DNA of 64,000 nucleotides from Thermoplasmata archaeon (GTDB lineage: Archaea; Thermoplasmatota; Thermoplasmata; RBG-16-68-12). The position numbers and the translations under genes are program-made. Position 1 is the first letter of the stretch; every line of letters begins with the position of its first letter. The stretch lies in the NCBI GenBank assembly GCA_035283405.1, contig DATEUA010000141.1, positions 8,984 through 72,983 on the forward strand. Reading direction: 5' to 3'. This document shows, one piece after another, positions 36,174-45,797 of the stretch. The notes under the pieces were generated by a model, which worked only from the letters and a program-made list of their open reading frames with translations, was not told the DNA's origin and searched no databases.

Positions 36174-36671
36174 ATGAAAGGGGTCGGCAAGTTCGGGGAA
36201 GTCCTCGCGGCGGAGAAGGGGAAGGTGAGCTACGACGAGCTTGCCGTGCGTCTCGAGAAGATCATCCGCTCCGGTAGCCGGCGAAAGGCGATCATGGAGT
36301 TCGTGTGCCGCGAGCTCCGGAAGGTGCCGCACTACTCCTGGGTGGGCATCTACGCCGTGGAGGGTACGGACCTCGTCCTCGAGGCGTGGTCGGGCCCGAG
36401 CGCGACACAACACACGCGGATTCCGTCGGGAGAGGGGATCTGCGGCGCTGCGGTCGAGGAAAAGTCCACAATCGTCGTGCCCGACGTGAGCAAGGACCCA
36501 AGATATCTGCCATGCTTCCTCAACACGCAGTCCGAAATTGTCGTCCCCGTGATGAAAGACGGGTCGGCGGTCGCGGAGATTGACATCGACTCGGAGCGAC
36601 TCGACGCGTTCAGCCCGACGGACCGCGCGTTCCTCGAGAGCGTATCGGAAGAGCTCGCCTCGATCGTGTGA
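36174..36671 (+). CDS. GAF-domain protein (free Met-R-sulfoxide reductase-like)
   Basis: SWVGIYAVEG...EGICGAAVEEKSTIVVPDV...NTQSEIVVPV fits a GAF fold with a conserved Cys. Confidence 0.55.
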   Translation: MKGVGKFGEVLAAEKGKVSYDELAVRLEKIIRSGSRRKAIMEFVCRELRKVPHYSWVGIYAVEGTDLVLEAWSGPSATQHTRIPSGEGICGAAVEEKSTIVVPDVSKDPRYLPCFLNTQSEIVVPVMKDGSAVAEIDIDSERLDAFSPTDRAFLESVSEELASIV

Positions 36672-36764
36672 TGGTACCTTTTCGACGAATGTCCAACAAC
36701 CCTTATCCCCACACGAGGGTCGTCCGGTGATTACTCGAATGTCGCGAGGAGGTGCGAAGAGACA

Positions 36765-37028
36765 ATGGAGAAAACGGCTTGGATGGGCGTGATCGCCTCG
36801 GTCCTCGTCCTCGGAACTGCTGCGGGCGCCGGAGTGCCAGCGCTTCTCGGCGCCGATGCGAGCGGCCATCCGTCCCACGAGATGAACGGAGTGCCTCCGG
36901 GCCCTCCGGCATGGCTCGGCGACGAAGCGCCGTACGGTCCCGCGGAGTGGCTCAACGAGTCCGCTCCGTACGGACCGCCGACGTGGCTCGAGCTGCCGAA
37001 CGCCACCGAAGACGGCGACGCCCCATAA
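36765..37028 (+). CDS. Small secreted protein with APYGP(A/P)EWL repeats
   Basis: It has a signal peptide (MGVIASVLVLGTAAGAG) and repeats of P-x-WL-x-E/D-x-APYGP. No homology assignment. Confidence 0.3.
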   Translation: MEKTAWMGVIASVLVLGTAAGAGVPALLGADASGHPSHEMNGVPPGPPAWLGDEAPYGPAEWLNESAPYGPPTWLELPNATEDGDAP

Positions 37029-37073
37029 TCCGGGACGCGCCGTCCTTTCCTTCTTTTGAGGGTCCTCTTCTGG

Positions 37074-37628
37074 TCAAACCCGGAACTCGCCCCACACCCG
37101 AATGAACGTATCCACCTGGTCGGCCGTCGCGAGCTCATACGTGGTCATGAGTCGAGCGACGGCTTTGGGGTCGCCGACCTTGTAACCGCGATCGGCCCCT
37201 TCGACCCGCTCGAGGACCCCCGTCGCATGCATCTTCTTGAGGTGGTGGGACAGGGTCGAAGGGGACACCGGGACCTTCGTCAGGATCTCCTTGTGCGTCG
37301 CGGATTCTCGTTCCATGAGGAACGCAAGGATCTTTAGGGGCACCGGCTGCCGGAGGAACGCAAGGAGTCTCTTCTGGACGTCCGTGAGGGCCGGCTTCGC
37401 GTCGACGTCTCCCGGCAAGGATCGAGGATAGTATCTCTTGTACTCCCCGTCCATCGTTGCGGAGAGCAGGTCGTGCTTCTCGAGGAACCGAAGGTGGTAG
37501 TCCGCGAGGGTGATCGACAGATCGAGAGCGCGCGCGATCTCCCGAAGGTGGAATCCCGGGTTTCTCCGCACGAACTCGTAGAGACTTCGCCGCGTCGTGA
37601 CGGCCAGGACGTCCTCGTCCATGGGCAT
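37074..37628 (-). CDS. Two-winged-helix transcriptional regulator (ArsR/TrmB-like)
   Basis: Two HTH-like blocks: SLYEFVRRNPGFHLREIARALDLSITLADYHLRFL and ATHKEILTKVPVSPSTLSHHLKKM. Start taken at MPMDEDVL. Confidence 0.5.
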   Translation of the reverse strand: MPMDEDVLAVTTRRSLYEFVRRNPGFHLREIARALDLSITLADYHLRFLEKHDLLSATMDGEYKRYYPRSLPGDVDAKPALTDVQKRLLAFLRQPVPLKILAFLMERESATHKEILTKVPVSPSTLSHHLKKMHATGVLERVEGADRGYKVGDPKAVARLMTTYELATADQVDTFIRVWGEFRV

Positions 37629-37638
37629 CCCGCGGCGC

Positions 37639-37905
37639 TCAGCGCCGCAGCGTGAACCCGTAGAACAGGACGAGGATCGCGAGGTCGAAGGCACCCCAGA
37701 CGACGATAAGGGTCGAGAGAGCGATGGGAGGGAAAAAGAGGGCCGCAATGAGGACGAGAGCCTTCACAAAGAAAATCCCGAACGCGATTCCCAGGAATAC
37801 GAGTTGCACGTCTCGGGTGCGACGCCACGCGAGCGTCGCGATGAACGTCAGGGTCAGGGCGAGGACCATGACCGCAGCGACGATCACGTTCTCGACGGCG
37901 ACCAC
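37639..37905 (-). CDS. Small two/three-TM membrane protein, probably co-transcribed with the downstream regulator
   Basis: 88 aa, entirely hydrophobic helices. Its stop is 8 nt before the regulator start. Confidence 0.35.
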   Translation of the reverse strand: MVAVENVIVAAVMVLALTLTFIATLAWRRTRDVQLVFLGIAFGIFFVKALVLIAALFFPPIALSTLIVVWGAFDLAILVLFYGFTLRR

Positions 37906-37951
37906 GGAATCACCGGGGCCCGGTAACGGGCGGCGATGTTAAGGTTTCCCC

Positions 37952-39034
37952 TCAGTCCTTTCGCCGCCGTCGCTTCGCGAGGATCATCGACGCGCCGACA
38001 ATCGTCGCGACCGCGACAAACGACGACACGAATACGACAGCGTCGCCAAGGGGGACCGGCGGCCGGATCAGGTCCTTGAAGGCCTGGCTCACGACTCCCA
38101 ACGTGGACACGTGGTAGACTGTCTGCTCCCTCGTGAGCCCGGCGGGGTACATCATGTACATCCGGTAAGGCCCCTGGGCGCCCTCGGGGACCGTCATGTT
38201 CGTCAAGCCCTGCGTACCGTTCACCGTGGCCTCGTTTGCCCACGAGAAGAACACAGTCGAGGGAGTCCCGGCGGGGCCGCCGGTCACGTTAATCCAACTC
38301 TCGTCGACGCTGAACCTGTTTCTCACGTCCCAGGGCAGGCCGCCGAAGATCATGTTATCGTCCGTGTCGACGGCGAGCTCGAGGCCCACCCGCGCCTCCG
38401 TGGAGGACAGCGTGTGGTTCGCCCAGAGGTCGAGTTTCACTTCCATGGGCGTCAGGATCTTGTCCTGCGCGACACGGAGGAACCGCTGCGCAACCACGAG
38501 GGTCAGCGTAACGCCACCGTCGTTGCTTCGAATCCGGAACCCGGCGACGTTCCCGCCGTCGGCGCTCGACGCGTTCCATCCTTCCACGGGCCTCGCGCCG
38601 AATCCACCGGAGCCAAGTGTGAGGACTGGAGTCACTTCCCCCGGGTCGACTGCACCGTTCTGAACGGAATCGCGCCACTCCACCAGGTTCATGATTTCGA
38701 GGGAATAGCGGGCTGCGACGCGCCCGGACGACGCGACCGGATAGTACTCCACGTCGAACTCGCCCTCCTCGTATCGGACGCGGAACTTGTCGTCGACCTC
38801 CGCACCGACGGACTGACTCGTGACGGAAAGACTGAACGGCGGGCTTGGGGGCTTGGGGAATGTCACGATGTCCAGGGTGCGTGCCGTCGCGTCTTCGATC
38901 TCATCCGGGATCTCATCCCCGTCCGAATCCCCCGCGATCGCGGTGCCCGACGCGAACACGAGCGCGGAGGCGGCCGTGACGGCGAAGAGCCAAGGGCGGA
39001 CCCGGAGGCGGAGGAAGCGGAGGCGCAACGGCAT
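37952..39034 (-). CDS. Secreted, heavily sequon-decorated surface protein with a C-terminal TM anchor
   Basis: It has a signal peptide, at least six N-x-S/T sequons (NAS, NHT, NVT, NGT, NMT, NVT) and a C-terminal VFVSSFVAVATIVGASMILAKRRRRKD. A TATA-like element is immediately upstream. Confidence 0.5.
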   Translation of the reverse strand: MPLRLRFLRLRVRPWLFAVTAASALVFASGTAIAGDSDGDEIPDEIEDATARTLDIVTFPKPPSPPFSLSVTSQSVGAEVDDKFRVRYEEGEFDVEYYPVASSGRVAARYSLEIMNLVEWRDSVQNGAVDPGEVTPVLTLGSGGFGARPVEGWNASSADGGNVAGFRIRSNDGGVTLTLVVAQRFLRVAQDKILTPMEVKLDLWANHTLSSTEARVGLELAVDTDDNMIFGGLPWDVRNRFSVDESWINVTGGPAGTPSTVFFSWANEATVNGTQGLTNMTVPEGAQGPYRMYMMYPAGLTREQTVYHVSTLGVVSQAFKDLIRPPVPLGDAVVFVSSFVAVATIVGASMILAKRRRRKD

Positions 39035-39143
39035 TCGATTTCGAGGACCCTATAAAGACGTTATTCTACGCTTTTCGAAGCTCGGGAGCCCCCGGGGCCG
39101 AGCCTGACCCCTCGGCGGCGGTTCCGTGAATAGCGACGCACCG

Positions 39144-39377
39144 TCACTCGCGCACGACTTCGGCGAAGGCCATACGACGGTGAACGCGGGTGATCCGGAC
39201 CTTCACCTGATCGCCGATCTTGGTTCCCGGCACGAACACGACAAAGTTCTGGATCCGCGCCAGTCCGTCGCCCTCCCGCCCGATGTCCTCAATCTTGGCC
39301 TCGTAGACCTTCCCCTCTTCGACGGGGGTGCTCGACGGTCGGAAGCCAGAGCCGCTGTACGACATCCGCTGCTCCAT
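39144..39377 (-). CDS. Stand-alone TRAM-domain protein
   Basis: GREGDGLARIQNFVVFVPGTKIGDQVKVRITRV is a TRAM OB-fold signature. Start taken at MEQRMSY. Confidence 0.6.
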   Translation of the reverse strand: MEQRMSYSGSGFRPSSTPVEEGKVYEAKIEDIGREGDGLARIQNFVVFVPGTKIGDQVKVRITRVHRRMAFAEVVRE

Positions 39378-39444
39378 CCGGCGACCGCGCGTCGCCGACA
39401 CGGTTCGAATCCAAGTGTGCGTATTTAATGATGAGGGCTGGCCG

Positions 39445-39879
39445 CTAGGTCCCCTTAGGCGTCCCGACGTCATAGTCCGGCTCGACGGCGCGCGTGAGCC
39501 GCAGGGACAGAATCAGCATCACGATCCCGACGATGAGGACGATGAGGCCCACCGCGGAGACGAGTCGGTTCACCGAGCCGAACACTTCAAACGCGGTGAA
39601 CTCCTGGAACGGGATGCGAAGCACGTCGTGGACCCACGAGCCCAGGGCGATGCCGGGTCCACCGAAGAAGATGAGCGCGACACCCGCGTAGAACAAGATC
39701 TTCTCGCGGAACCCCCGCTTCTTTGCAACGGGCTTCTCCGGTTCCTTGGCGGGAACCTCGACCTCGGTCGTCTCCGCGGAGAACATCTCCCCGCAGCGCG
39801 GGCACTCCGTCGCTTCGAGAGAGACCTCGGCGCCGCAGCTCGGGCACTCCGCGATCGTCGCGGGCTCCTGAATCTGCAT
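39445..39879 (-). CDS. Zinc-ribbon membrane protein
   Basis: An N-terminal CPSCG...CPRCG is followed by two TM helices. Confidence 0.4.
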   Translation of the reverse strand: MQIQEPATIAECPSCGAEVSLEATECPRCGEMFSAETTEVEVPAKEPEKPVAKKRGFREKILFYAGVALIFFGGPGIALGSWVHDVLRIPFQEFTAFEVFGSVNRLVSAVGLIVLIVGIVMLILSLRLTRAVEPDYDVGTPKGT

Positions 39880-39994
39880 CGTCGGGTACCGTGCGCCCTC
39901 CCGCGCATATAGTCGTTTTGGCTTCCTTATCTGATCTGAAAACGAGGTCTGTCGGGTGACCTCGGCCTGCGGACTACGGCTGGGTTCCCAGGGC

Positions 39995-40285
39995 TCACAC
40001 GGCCGTCTTCGGCTTCACGAGCCAGGGGACGTGAACCTGACCCACGAGGTCGCGCCACTCCGCGGGCAAGGGCTTGCCCTCGTCGTCGCGGCGGTACCAG
40101 TCGTGGACGTGGTCGATCTTCACGTCCTTGCCCGTGACCGTGACCATGAGCGCGTTGCGGACGCTCGCGGCGGCTTCCGCGGCCACCTCGTTCTCGAAGA
40201 CCGCGGCGTACGGAGTCTGGGACATCCACCAGAGCACGAGGTAGTACGTCTTCTTCGCGGCTGCCCGTGTCCGCTTCGGCTTCAT
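39995..40285 (-). CDS. Hypothetical small protein
   Basis: A 96-aa ORF with a non-repetitive sequence. No recognisable motif. Confidence 0.25.
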   Translation of the reverse strand: MKPKRTRAAAKKTYYLVLWWMSQTPYAAVFENEVAAEAAASVRNALMVTVTGKDVKIDHVHDWYRRDDEGKPLPAEWRDLVGQVHVPWLVKPKTAV

Positions 40286-40388
40286 CTCGATGCGGGTTGC
40301 CTCTGCCGGATTCCCGGCGAGATGTTACGACGAGGCTCGAAGGATAAAGGACTTCTCGGACGGTTCTCGGAAACGAGAATTAAGTACT

Positions 40389-41030
40389 TCAGTCTTCGAA
40401 CCAGACCCCGCACGCGCAGCGCAGGGCATCCGAGGACACGGGAGACCCGCAGCGGGGACACGAATAGCTCAGATGGGGCGATTCCTCGAAGCGCACTCCG
40501 CACACGGGACAGGCCCTGTCGAGGGTGGGGACGCGGGAGTCGCACTCGGGGCAGGGGAACGTCGCCTCGGACGCCGCGAACCGAACGCCGCACGCACAGC
40601 TGCGGGCGTCTTCCTCGACGAATCGGCCGCACGAGGGACATTGGAACATGGTCGTCTGGGCGGGGTCGAGCTGCAGGCGCTGGACGCTCGTCGAGATGTC
40701 GTGAACGCGGCCGAGATCGCGGAGGAGATCCGCAAGGGTCCGGGACGGGGTCGCGCTCGTCTCGAGGGGAGTCCTTCGCCGCGGAGCCGTGCTTATCCGG
40801 CTGATTGAGTACTCGCCGCCCGTGCCGCCCGCGAAGGCGGCGCCGCAGTTCTGGCATCGGTCCTCCGAGTAGGGGGTCATGCGGCGGCAACTCCAGCAGA
40901 GGATGCCCGGGGCCGGTCGGTCCGTGGAACGCGTCTCGCGGACCGGTGCGGCCACGCCTTGTCCTTCCGGCAACGGGACACTCCCTGATTGGTCCCGCAT
41001 ATGGAGTCCGCGCCGAATAAGCGATATCAC
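40389..41030 (-). CDS. Protein with four zinc-ribbon modules
   Basis: Repeated CxxC...CxCG units (CWSC...CQNCG, CPSCG...CACG, CPECD...CPVCG, CPRCG...CACG). Confidence 0.4.
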   Translation of the reverse strand: MISLIRRGLHMRDQSGSVPLPEGQGVAAPVRETRSTDRPAPGILCWSCRRMTPYSEDRCQNCGAAFAGGTGGEYSISRISTAPRRRTPLETSATPSRTLADLLRDLGRVHDISTSVQRLQLDPAQTTMFQCPSCGRFVEEDARSCACGVRFAASEATFPCPECDSRVPTLDRACPVCGVRFEESPHLSYSCPRCGSPVSSDALRCACGVWFED

Positions 41031-41136
41031 GAAACTGGTCGGGCCTGATAATCAACCCTGAGAGACCCCGGCCCGGAAGGACCTGTGGAAAACCTCGAAT
41101 GGTTTAAGTGAACCAGCCCCTTGCGTGCCGTCCGCG

Positions 41137-43272
41137 ATGGCCCGCATCCTTGTGTGCGTCGCTTGGCCGTACGCCTCCGGACCGAGGCACATCGGTCACG
41201 CCGCCGCGACGTTCATCCCCGCGGACGTGTGCGCCCGCTACCACCGGCTGAAGGGCGACGAGGTCCTCGTCGTCGGCGGGACCGACATGCACGGGACCCC
41301 GACGATGGTCCGGGCGGACGAGGAGGGGGTCCCTGTGAGCGCCGTCTCGGAACGCTACCACGCCCTCCACGCGAAGAACATCGAACGGCTCGGGGTGCGG
41401 TACGACTTGTACTGGAACACGGCGGACCCCAGGCACAAGGCGTGGGTCCAGGAGATCTTCCAAACCCTTCACGCGAAAGGGCACATCTACGAGGCCACGA
41501 TGGTGTCCCCGTACTGCGCGACGGGGGAGCACTTCCTCCCGGACCGGTACGTCGAGGGCCGCTGTCCGAACTGCGGGAACCCTCGTGCGCGCGGCGATCA
41601 GTGCGATGCGTGCGGCCGCCTCTGGGACCCCTTCGAGCTAATCGAGCCCCGCTGCCGGGTCCACGGAACCCCGCCCGCGCCGAAAGAGACGAACCACGCG
41701 TTCTTCCGGCTCAGCGCGTTCCAAGAGCGCCTCGCCCGATGGATGGCAAGCGGCAAGGATCACTGGCGCCACCCCGTCGTCGGCGAGGCGAGCCGCTGGC
41801 TCAAGGAAGGCCTCCGAGACCGGCCCGTCACGAGGGACCTTGACTGGGGCATCGAGGTTCCTCTTCCCGGGTTCGAGACGAAACGGATCTACGTGTGGTT
41901 CGAAGCGGTCATGGGGTACTTGACCGCCACGAAGGAGTGGTATCGCCGCGCGGGCAAGCCGGACGGCTGGAAGGACTTCTGGCACGACCCCGAGGCCCGC
42001 CACTACTATTTCATCGGGAAGGACAACATCGTGTGGCACTGCATCGTCTGGCCCGCGATCCTGATGGGCACGGACGAGAACCTGACCCTGCCGTACGATG
42101 TACCGGCGACGCAGTTCATGAACATCTCCGGGGAGCGGATGAGCGCGGGACACGGTCGGGGCGTCTGGCTTCCCGACCTCCTCGAGCGGTTCGATTCGGA
42201 CCAGATCCGGTACTATTGCCTTGCGACGATGCCCGAGGCGAAAGACACGGAGTTCGCCTGGGAGGACTTCGCGAAGCGGAACAACAGCGAACTCCTCGCG
42301 GTGTACGGAAACTTCGCGCATCGCGCCCTCACGTTCGCGGAGAAGAACTTCGGTTCGCGGGTGCCGCCGCCGGGATTCCTCGATGCGACGGACCGCGCGA
42401 TGATCCGCGGAATCGAGGACCAGTGGAATAAGGTCGGCCAGAACCTCGAGTACGTCCATCTCAAGGACGCCGTGCGGGAGGCGATCCACCTCGCGCGACT
42501 CGGGAACCAGTACTTCGACCAGAAGGCGCCGTGGGATCTGCTGAAAAAGGACCGGGCCGCGTGCGGGACGGCGATCCACGTCGCCCTTCGGGTCTCGAGA
42601 GCCCTTGCGATCCTCATGGCGCCGTTCCTCCCGGCGAGTTCCGCACGGCTCTGGTTCGCGCTCGGCTACGACACGGACACCCAGGACGCCCGGTGGTCCG
42701 ACGCGCTCGAGGATCTCCCGGAAGGTCAAACGCTCCGGGTCGGGAAGCCCCTGTTCGCGAAGATCGACCTCGACGCAGGGGGCGCGGGCCCCGCGGACCG
42801 GTTCGATGTCCGCGTCGCGAGGATCGTGGACGTGAAGGAGCACCCGAACGCGGACAAGCTGTACGTCCTCCAGGTGGACCTCGGGGACGAGCGGCGCCAG
42901 ATCGTCGCCGGAATCCGGGAACAATACAGCGCCTCCGACTTGGTCGGCCGGGGAGTCGCGCTCCTCGTGAACCTGGAACCCGCGATGCTTCGGGGAATCC
43001 CGAGCGCGGGCATGTTGCTCGCGGGCGAGGACGAAAAGGACGTCGGACTCGTGCTCGTGCCCCACGACGCGGTCCTTGGGAGCCAGATCCTCGGCGTGCG
43101 AGGGGCCGCGAGGCTGCCGTTCTCCGAGTTCCAGAAATTCCGACTCCAGGTCGGCCAGGGCGGTGTCGTATGGTTCCTCGGAACCTCCGGCGAGGTCCGG
43201 ATCCCTCTTCGGGCGGGAGCCGCAGACCTCACGGTCGACAAAGGACTGAAGGAAGGCACTCGGGTCCACTGA
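41137..43272 (+). CDS. metG: Methionyl-tRNA synthetase with a C-terminal EMAP/Trbp111-like tRNA-binding domain
   Basis: It has a class-I HIGH-like HIGHAA, a zinc knuckle (CPNCG...CDACG), KMSKS-like ISGERMSAG and a C-terminal OB domain. A TATA-like gtttaagtg lies about 30 nt upstream. Confidence 0.9.
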   Translation: MARILVCVAWPYASGPRHIGHAAATFIPADVCARYHRLKGDEVLVVGGTDMHGTPTMVRADEEGVPVSAVSERYHALHAKNIERLGVRYDLYWNTADPRHKAWVQEIFQTLHAKGHIYEATMVSPYCATGEHFLPDRYVEGRCPNCGNPRARGDQCDACGRLWDPFELIEPRCRVHGTPPAPKETNHAFFRLSAFQERLARWMASGKDHWRHPVVGEASRWLKEGLRDRPVTRDLDWGIEVPLPGFETKRIYVWFEAVMGYLTATKEWYRRAGKPDGWKDFWHDPEARHYYFIGKDNIVWHCIVWPAILMGTDENLTLPYDVPATQFMNISGERMSAGHGRGVWLPDLLERFDSDQIRYYCLATMPEAKDTEFAWEDFAKRNNSELLAVYGNFAHRALTFAEKNFGSRVPPPGFLDATDRAMIRGIEDQWNKVGQNLEYVHLKDAVREAIHLARLGNQYFDQKAPWDLLKKDRAACGTAIHVALRVSRALAILMAPFLPASSARLWFALGYDTDTQDARWSDALEDLPEGQTLRVGKPLFAKIDLDAGGAGPADRFDVRVARIVDVKEHPNADKLYVLQVDLGDERRQIVAGIREQYSASDLVGRGVALLVNLEPAMLRGIPSAGMLLAGEDEKDVGLVLVPHDAVLGSQILGVRGAARLPFSEFQKFRLQVGQGGVVWFLGTSGEVRIPLRAGAADLTVDKGLKEGTRVH

Positions 43273-43273
43273 G

Positions 43274-43708
43274 TCATCCGCCCGCGGCGACCGCCACCCC
43301 GAACGCGACGACGCGGAGCGCGAGGGCCAGAACGAGCGCACGGGCGATCGGTTCGAGATCCGCCATCACGTCGTCCAGCCGAACACCGCTCATCGTCGGG
43401 GTCCCGGAGGCGACGATCCTCGTCCCCTCCGTGATCGTGAAGTGGCCCCATAACATACGCCCGACGGCATACCGCCGCCCCCTCCACTCAAAGGATGTCC
43501 TCCTCCATCGGAACCTGATGTCGAGGGTCCCGTCGATCGTCACGACGGAGATCCGGTCCCGCAGCCCGTCGTAGAGGACCCGTCCCACTTCGGACCCCCC
43601 GGGCAGGGGGAGGGAACGCCATCCGCCGCTCTCCCGCCGAACCGCGATCGGTATCCCTCGGTCGAGGACGGTGTCCCGCAGGAGTCCGATGCGGGCTTCG
43701 AGGACCAT
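43274..43708 (-). CDS. Hypothetical protein with a C-terminal hydrophobic segment
   Basis: ORF only. No motif recognised. Confidence 0.25.
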   Translation of the reverse strand: MVLEARIGLLRDTVLDRGIPIAVRRESGGWRSLPLPGGSEVGRVLYDGLRDRISVVTIDGTLDIRFRWRRTSFEWRGRRYAVGRMLWGHFTITEGTRIVASGTPTMSGVRLDDVMADLEPIARALVLALALRVVAFGVAVAAGG

Positions 43709-43797
43709 CTGGACCGCAACGGCCCCAGGGACGTCAAGCCGTCGTCGGGCCGCCGCCGCAAGACTTTAGAACGAGGGGCCTTTCTGCGAGCGCTTTC

Positions 43798-44460
43798 ATG
43801 CGCCTCGACCTGCACAGCCACACGAAATTCAGCCCCGACTCTCGGACCGAGCCGCGGGAGCTCGTCGCCGCCGCACGCCGGCTCGGGCTCGATGGACTTG
43901 CCATCACGGACCACAATGCGGTGGCGGGAATCGAGGCCGCCCGTGACGCCGCCGCGCCGGGCTTCCTCCTCATTCCCGGCACGGAGGTCTCGACACACGA
44001 TGGCCATGTCCTCGCCCTCGGGGTCCGAGAGACGGTCCCGCGGAGCCTGCCCGTCTCAGAGACAATCGATCGCATCGTCGCGCTCGGCGGCGTACCGGTT
44101 GCGGCCCATCCGTACCGGTTCTGGTCCGGCCTCGGGGAGGCATCCACGATCCGCGCGCGCTTCCCGGCCTACGAGACCGCGAACGCGCGGACCCTCCGGC
44201 GGGGGAACGTCCGAGCGCAAATCCTCGCGCAGGCCCAAATCGTTGGGGTGACCGGCGGGAGCGATGCACATTTCCTCGACGAAATCGGGGGCGCAATCAC
44301 GTTCATCGACGAGGGCGTGACGGACGTCGACTCGGTATTGGAGGCCATCGTGCACGCGAGGACGCGAGCGCAGGGGTCCGGTCGAGGAGCAGGGGGGACG
44401 GTCCGATACGTCACGAAGTGCGTCGGAGAATGGTTCCTCCGCGGCATGCGTCGGATTTGA
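43798..44460 (+). CDS. PHP-domain phosphoesterase
   Basis: MRLDLHSHTKFSPDS...GLDGLAITDHN...IPGTEVST...HDGHVLALG matches the PHP His/Asp motifs. Confidence 0.7.
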   Translation: MRLDLHSHTKFSPDSRTEPRELVAAARRLGLDGLAITDHNAVAGIEAARDAAAPGFLLIPGTEVSTHDGHVLALGVRETVPRSLPVSETIDRIVALGGVPVAAHPYRFWSGLGEASTIRARFPAYETANARTLRRGNVRAQILAQAQIVGVTGGSDAHFLDEIGGAITFIDEGVTDVDSVLEAIVHARTRAQGSGRGAGGTVRYVTKCVGEWFLRGMRRI

Positions 44461-44461
44461 C

Positions 44462-44821
44462 CTAGAGGTATTCCTCAATCCGTCTCGCGTACTTCTCCAG
44501 GTTCTGTCGTAGTTGGACGAGGTCCTTGTCCTTGGGGGTGCGGACGACGAAGAGGGCCTTCGAGCCGTGGTTGATGATGACGAGCCGACTCGTCTCCATG
44601 TTGATGACGACGCTGTCGAGGCGCTCCTTGAGCTCGGACCGAGCGGTCTCTGCCGCCCCCAGGATGATCGCGAACATCGCGACGAAGGTGTCCGAATGAG
44701 CACCCTGCGGGACGTTCCCTGCGATGTGCGCGCCGCTGTGCGACACCAAGACGACGTCGTCGACGCCGGCGTCCTTCTCGATCTCGTGGAGGATGGACTC
44801 GATCGCAACGGGGTCCGACAT
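44462..44821 (-). CDS. Roadblock/LC7-domain protein
   Basis: VVLVSHSGAHIAGN...LVIINHGSKALFVVRTP fits a single Roadblock domain (119 aa). Confidence 0.55.
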   Translation of the reverse strand: MSDPVAIESILHEIEKDAGVDDVVLVSHSGAHIAGNVPQGAHSDTFVAMFAIILGAAETARSELKERLDSVVINMETSRLVIINHGSKALFVVRTPKDKDLVQLRQNLEKYARRIEEYL

Positions 44822-44919
44822 GGTTGGTTCCTGACCTCTGGAAGAAGGCGGGTCGCCCCTATTGCATGGAAGCGGAATTAATACCTTTCCGTCCGAGTGC
44901 CCGCATCGGAGAACCGGAC

Positions 44920-45327
44920 TCAGAGACCTTTCATGAGTTCGTACATCGCGACGACCGAATCCACGGCGCGGGCCGCGTTGCGGATCCGTTCGATCGCCTG
45001 CTCGTCCGTTACGCCTGGCCCCGTGATCCCGAGCCCGACAGGCTTCGATTCCCTCAATCCGAGTTCCAGCAAGGCAGGGCAGACGGCGGCCATGATCGCC
45101 TCGTCGTGCAGGGTCTCCCCTTTAATCACCGCGCCGATCGCGACCACGGCGTCCACATCGTCCCGCCGAAGGAGTGCCTGGACCGCGAGCGGAATCTCGA
45201 ACGCCCCCGGGACGCGGACGACCGTCGAGACGCGGACGTTCCGATCCTTCGCCTGCTCGAGCGCGCTTTCCACCATCCGATCCGTGACCTCGGCGTTGAA
45301 CTGGGCGGCGACGATCGCGAGCCTCAT
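44920..45327 (-). CDS. ribH: 6,7-dimethyl-8-ribityllumazine synthase
   Basis: MRLAIVAAQFNAEVTDRMVE...VVRVPGAFEIPLA...AIGAVIKGETLHDE. The start ATG overlaps the ribC stop (ATGA). Confidence 0.75.
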   Translation of the reverse strand: MRLAIVAAQFNAEVTDRMVESALEQAKDRNVRVSTVVRVPGAFEIPLAVQALLRRDDVDAVVAIGAVIKGETLHDEAIMAAVCPALLELGLRESKPVGLGITGPGVTDEQAIERIRNAARAVDSVVAMYELMKGL

Positions 45328-45797
45328 ACCACCCGCTCCTTCAGGGGCCCCGCGTCGGGGAAGCCTTCCCTCTGTCCCGTGCCCGCGCGCGCCCGAATCG
45401 CCTCCGGCCGGAAGAGGAGATCGTACGCGTTCATCGCGTGCTCGCGTGTCCGCCGATCGAAGAGCCATGCGAGTCGAGGCTCGTCGTCGGCCTCCTCCTC
45501 ATGGACCATCACCCCGAGGATGTGCCTTCCCACCCGAGCCTGCACGGACTGGAGACCGAAGTCGGCGGCGAGGGCACAGTCCTTGTCCACTTTCTCCCGA
45601 CCGACCATGCCGAGGGCGATCACGAGGTCGCACCCGCGGTCGAAAAGGATCCGCGCGCCCGCGGCAAGGTCCTTGATTCCCGGGACTGTGTACCGGTCCA
45701 CCGTGAAGCCGCCCCCCTGCGCCCGCAGTTCGTCGATGGCCGCCGCGGCCATGTCGTAGCGCGCGAAGCTCGTGTCGACGATCCCGATCCGTTTCAG
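45324..45797 (-). CDS. ribC: Archaeal-type riboflavin synthase
   Basis: KRIGIVDTSFARYDMAAAAIDEL...DLVIALGMVG matches the archaeal riboflavin synthase family. No canonical start codon at the expected N-terminus, so the start is uncertain. Confidence 0.55.
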   Translation of the reverse strand: MKRIGIVDTSFARYDMAAAAIDELRAQGGGFTVDRYTVPGIKDLAAGARILFDRGCDLVIALGMVGREKVDKDCALAADFGLQSVQARVGRHILGVMVHEEEADDEPRLAWLFDRRTREHAMNAYDLLFRPEAIRARAGTGQREGFPDAGPLKERVV

